A DNA stretch of 64,000 bases from positions 124,001 to 188,000 of the forward strand of contig NW_002060981.1 of assembly GCF_000150275.1 (NCBI RefSeq). Direction: 5' to 3'. Shown here piece after piece: positions 60,101-64,000 of the stretch (positions are counted from its first letter, which is position 1; each line of letters opens with the position of its first letter). Position numbers and translations under genes: made by a program. This DNA is from Trichoplax adhaerens. Lineage: Eukaryota > Animalia > Placozoa. Below the pieces are notes generated by a model. It saw nothing but the letters and a program-made list of their open reading frames with translations. It was not told the origin of the DNA and searched no databases.

Positions 60101-62727
60101 TATCAATTATGACAATTTACCAACGCTGTTACTTATATGAATAAGCTAATGATACCTATTAGTACTTACAGTGTCTCTAATCTTGTTAGTTTAACGAATG
60201 CTTTCTTAGGTAAGGCATTTATTAGATTTGATGTTAAATCACTATTGATATTAAATTTCATTCGTTGCGAAATAGGCGCAATCAAAATAAATTGATTATT
60301 CAATTCACGATTACTGAAAAGTTTTAGATATATAACGATTATCCACTAACAGGGATTCTAAGTTTGTTAATTCATCAAATGCATCTTCATGTATAAACCA
60401 TAAATGATTTGCAGACATTTCCCTAAATTTATTCATTTGTGACAAATAACAGCAGATAGTAAGTTTTACATGACTTATAATAATTTAATGAACACCTGAA
60501 AATTTATCGATAATTTGTTACATACAAAGTTTTTAGGTTATCCAAACCCAGAAACAAGCTTGCGTTTAATACTTCTAGATTATTGTAATTCAAATTCCTA
60601 TTCGTGCAGCAAAAGTAAAATTTTCATCGCATTAAGTGAATTTTAAAGTGAATTACAAATAATTTACATCAAATTGGTTAAACTTAAGGGATTCATCATG
60701 CTACAGGTATTGCAGTAGGTCTTAGTTACTAATTGGCAATCGTATTTAATAATTGCTTCTAGTTAATGGCTTCTAATTTTTCGATGATTATTTTAAAAAT
60801 ACTAGGAGTTTTAATAACTTTAATGATAATGATGAACATTAAGTACTTATTTCTATTGTTTCATTTTACCAGACAAACTGTTACCACTATGCCTCATGAT
60901 CAATAGTAGGTTTATCAATTACAGAAATCTCGACATGAATATGTAGACAATTTTTTTATTGCATACAAAAACTTATTTAATCATAACAAAATTGAAATAG
61001 CTTTTAAATTTCTAAACAACAAGTCAATATCACGAATAATTAGGAATATACTGTACACTGGTACGAATAGGATGAAAAAGTTATGTAAATGATATTTACT
61101 ATTAAAGTAACTCCATTAACTAAATACTTACAGTGATTTAGCTTTGTAATTTGATTGAAACAAGTTCCTTTCAATAGTATCTATCTCGTTTGATGGCAAT
61201 TGGCTGATAGGTATGAAGAATGGTTAGTATTAATTTGAATATTATGAGTCGACAGACAGTGCTACAAATATGCTAGTGAAAAATTAAAATCTTTAGATTA
61301 GAAATTATGATAAAGCAGATGACACTACTGCTGGAGAAAGTGCAATAAAGTGATGAAGCTACAAGATATCCTAAATTAAGCGATAAACTTACATAGTAGT
61401 CAATTGTTTTAAGTTGGCAAAGGTTCCACTATAAAGTTTTACTATATTGTTATTTTCTAACATTCTATAACGAAATGATGATAATAGGCATATAATTACA
61501 ATACTGCAGAACATGAATAAAACTGCCAGAATTAGTTACATTTTGCCGATTGATTGTAGTTTTTGAAAGGCTTGAGGATGGATATCAGTTATCTTATTAT
61601 TATTTAGATCTCTAATAGCAAAAATGAGATAAAAATATGACCAACGAATTATTATTGCCTTATAAGATACTTATCTATGTAAGTGTAGAAATTTCAATGT
61701 TACAGAAACGTGAAACCTACAATTTGTTTATTTTAGCAATATATCCTAGCGAGTATTGTGAAATTTGCGTCATAGAGTTGGTATCCATAGAGCTATATTT
61801 TAAAGTAAGCAACAATCTTGTTAATTTTGATAGAATAGCAGTAATGTTGTATAAATATAAGCTTTAATTTTCATGTTTTAGATGCTATTATTATTAAGTA
61901 AGTGGCTTTATTAAGCTAGCTTATTGTTGGTCACAGTGTAATGAGTTTACACTGTTAGGCTTCTACTGCTATTGATCCGATCGAAAGTTTCCGGTTGGAT
62001 CGTTTCGATGTGATTTGTATCTAGCCTTCTATTGAATTAAGAAATATGCATGTCAACGTTAATAAGGCATTGGACGTATTATTGCATTAAATACGAAAGA
62101 TTTGCACATTTGGCTAGAATCATAATTTTGTTTCATTTACTAAACAATGGCAATGACGTCAGGTATAATGCTTTATTCTTACATCGTTATGAGGTTGCTC
62201 AAATTTTGAAATGTTCCAGATTTTAATTCTATTATGGAATTGAACCCTAAATTGCTAATTGAAAAAATTATCGTCGTATTATATAAACGGAAAAAAGAAA
62301 ACAAAAAGGCAGAGCTTCCATATTTCGGCTAACATCGTTTGTATATATTGCAGATCGGTGAAGGCTTGAAAATGAATTCCACTTATTGAATTCCTGTATA
62401 AATTCCTAATGTATTGATATATTGAACGGTTCTTTCATTAAGTATTAAATAGTAAAATACGTATTTAAACAAGTTATAGTAACACTGTTTTTGTATTCTG
62501 ACGTTTGAGGTAAAGTTAATGCTATAGTATTTCAAACTGTGGATGTATAGTTATAGTATATTATCTCATAGCAAAATGCTCGATAGAATTATACACTTAT
62601 CATAGAAATGCAATTATAGTTAAATGTACATAAATTTGAATATTAATTGCTTACAAGACTTTCAAATTCGGTGTATTTCTAAATGCTCCAGCCGGAATAA
62701 TTTCAATGTTGTTATTGGATAAGTCTC
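48119..62727 (-). CDS. Giant leucine-rich-repeat GPCR (LGR, relaxin-receptor/GRL101-like 7TM and hinge) with ~43 single-LRR exons; 5' end unresolved
   Basis: The terminal exon 49211-48119 encodes hinge YLCC..CQP..STCHNLL and a rhodopsin-type 7TM (GNILV, NLAIADF, SLDRW, CMA, TDLISWLP, LPINSAVNPCLYT). About 43 upstream AG/GT-flanked exons, mostly 63-84 nt (modal 72) and almost all phase 2-2, each read xLxxNxIxxI...F..L..L..L (e.g. 62727-62656 DLSNNNIEIIPAGAFRNTPNLKV; 59905-59834 YINRNELTDIEPGSFQNLTELGI; 49787-49716 SLKDNSLTFITSDSFAGAIALQT). The splice path through ~56500-57600 is uncertain. Confidence 0.85.
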
Positions 62728-62830
62728 TATAATAAGTAAGAATGTTTAATATTAGGTTAGTACTAAGGTTAAGTCACTGCTATTATCTGTCAAAATTTTG
62801 TATTTATAAACTGATTTGTAGACAGACAGT

Positions 62831-63711
62831 TTGGGCATAAATCTTCAGAACATAATAAATCATAATTTTAAATTCCGATACATGCGTAAGTAAAACTGAA
62901 TGTAGTATATTTTATATGATGCACAATAGTATCGATAATTTTAAAACCTATAATAAATATGATAGTGTCAAAGTGTGTACTTCCAAACTTGGCATTTTTT
63001 AATCACTAGATATTTCGTGCAAAATCTTTATCTTATCTTTAATTGAATTATTTATGAAATCTGTTACTTTGGTGTAATGTAACTAGTATTGTGATTGTAG
63101 ACTGCTAGCCATGTTTAGTATAATGTACGGTAGATATTATCCTAAGATATATTTGGTAGCTATAACTATAGACTATAGTGGTATAGACTCTATGCTAGAG
63201 TACAGATGACTATATACAGCAAGGTGTTGAGTTACTAATAAGGCTATAGGTAAAAATAGAACTGTAAATCATATATTAGGATATGGTTAATTCATTGTAC
63301 TTTGGCTGATGTGAATAATGTCTACATAAGTACTGTAGTCGTATCCATATTGGATTAATGATGGTCCGCAGTAGAATAGTCTGACTAAGAATAATTTAAC
63401 TATGTGTGATATAAGGTAAAAGGTTGCCATGCGGATTGTAGCTGCGAATGCTACGAAAAGTATAAAAGCATGCAACTTTAGATTATTCAGTTAGTTCGTT
63501 CTAGAAGTCTTTAGTAGTAGTATTCGGCTAGAGTAGAGCTGTGTAGTTAATCTTTGTATAAGATTCAATAAAGCCCTTGTTTTTCAAAAATTTGGAATCT
63601 AGTGATTGGTATATATCACATTTGGGCATAAAGTTTCAGAATGTAGCGAATTATAAGTATGAATTCCGATATATGGGTGAGTAAAACCACATGCAGTATA
63701 TTGTATATGAT
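62831..63711. repeat. Diverged ~90-bp direct repeat pair (62831-62920 and 63622-63711)
   Basis: TTGGGCATAAA..TTCAGAA..AATTCCGATA.ATG.GT.AGTAAAAC..ATG.AGTATATT.TATATGAT is present in both copies. Confidence 0.7.
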
Positions 63712-64000
63712 ATAATAACATCCAAAATTTTCTTAAGCCTATAGTCAGCATGATAGAATAAATTCAGATAGTTGAATAGAAATAAACCAAAAACCAACTT
63801 AAAATTTTAGCCCTTTAAAAATTGAACTTTGCTTGATTTGCACATCTTATGAAGTAGCTTTAAATAGCAGCAGTAAGATGAGGTTGTTGTCATGAACTAG
63901 CTCAGAGTACCTGCAACTATCAGTAAGTGTTTCTCAAAAGTTGTGTTTTTATCTGGAGACTAGATGAAGTACTGCATAATAAAGTAGTTTTAATTCTAAT

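Overview
AT-rich eukaryotic (animal) genomic DNA with short GT-AG introns. Gene content, compactness and an expanded LRR-GPCR suggest a placozoan (Trichoplax-like) genome; this is inference, not proof. Spliced genes reconstructed by hand: a secreted IL-17/Trunk-PTTH-like cystine-knot prepropeptide (-), a C-type lectin + TSP1 + mucin-stalk + GPI-signal surface protein (-), an ETNPPL/PHYKPL-like class-III PLP enzyme (-) divergent from EFHC1 (+), PTDSS1 (-) divergent from RPL11 (+), a secreted divergent CAP/GAPR-1-like protein (+), RPL19 (-), and a very large LRR-GPCR (-; 7TM exon plus about 43 symmetric single-LRR exons, 5' end unresolved). Main observations: the giant cassette-like LRR-GPCR; dense TACAG/CTGTA pentamer arrays at all three conserved-gene promoter regions, mixed with transposon-end-like and telomere-like motifs; a U12-type intron in EFHC1; candidate intronic snoRNAs in both ribosomal protein genes; a decayed duplicate of the GPCR 3' end; and a hAT-like MITE. 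No rRNA, tRNA or CRISPR array was seen. Exon coordinates were read by eye and may be off by a few bases.
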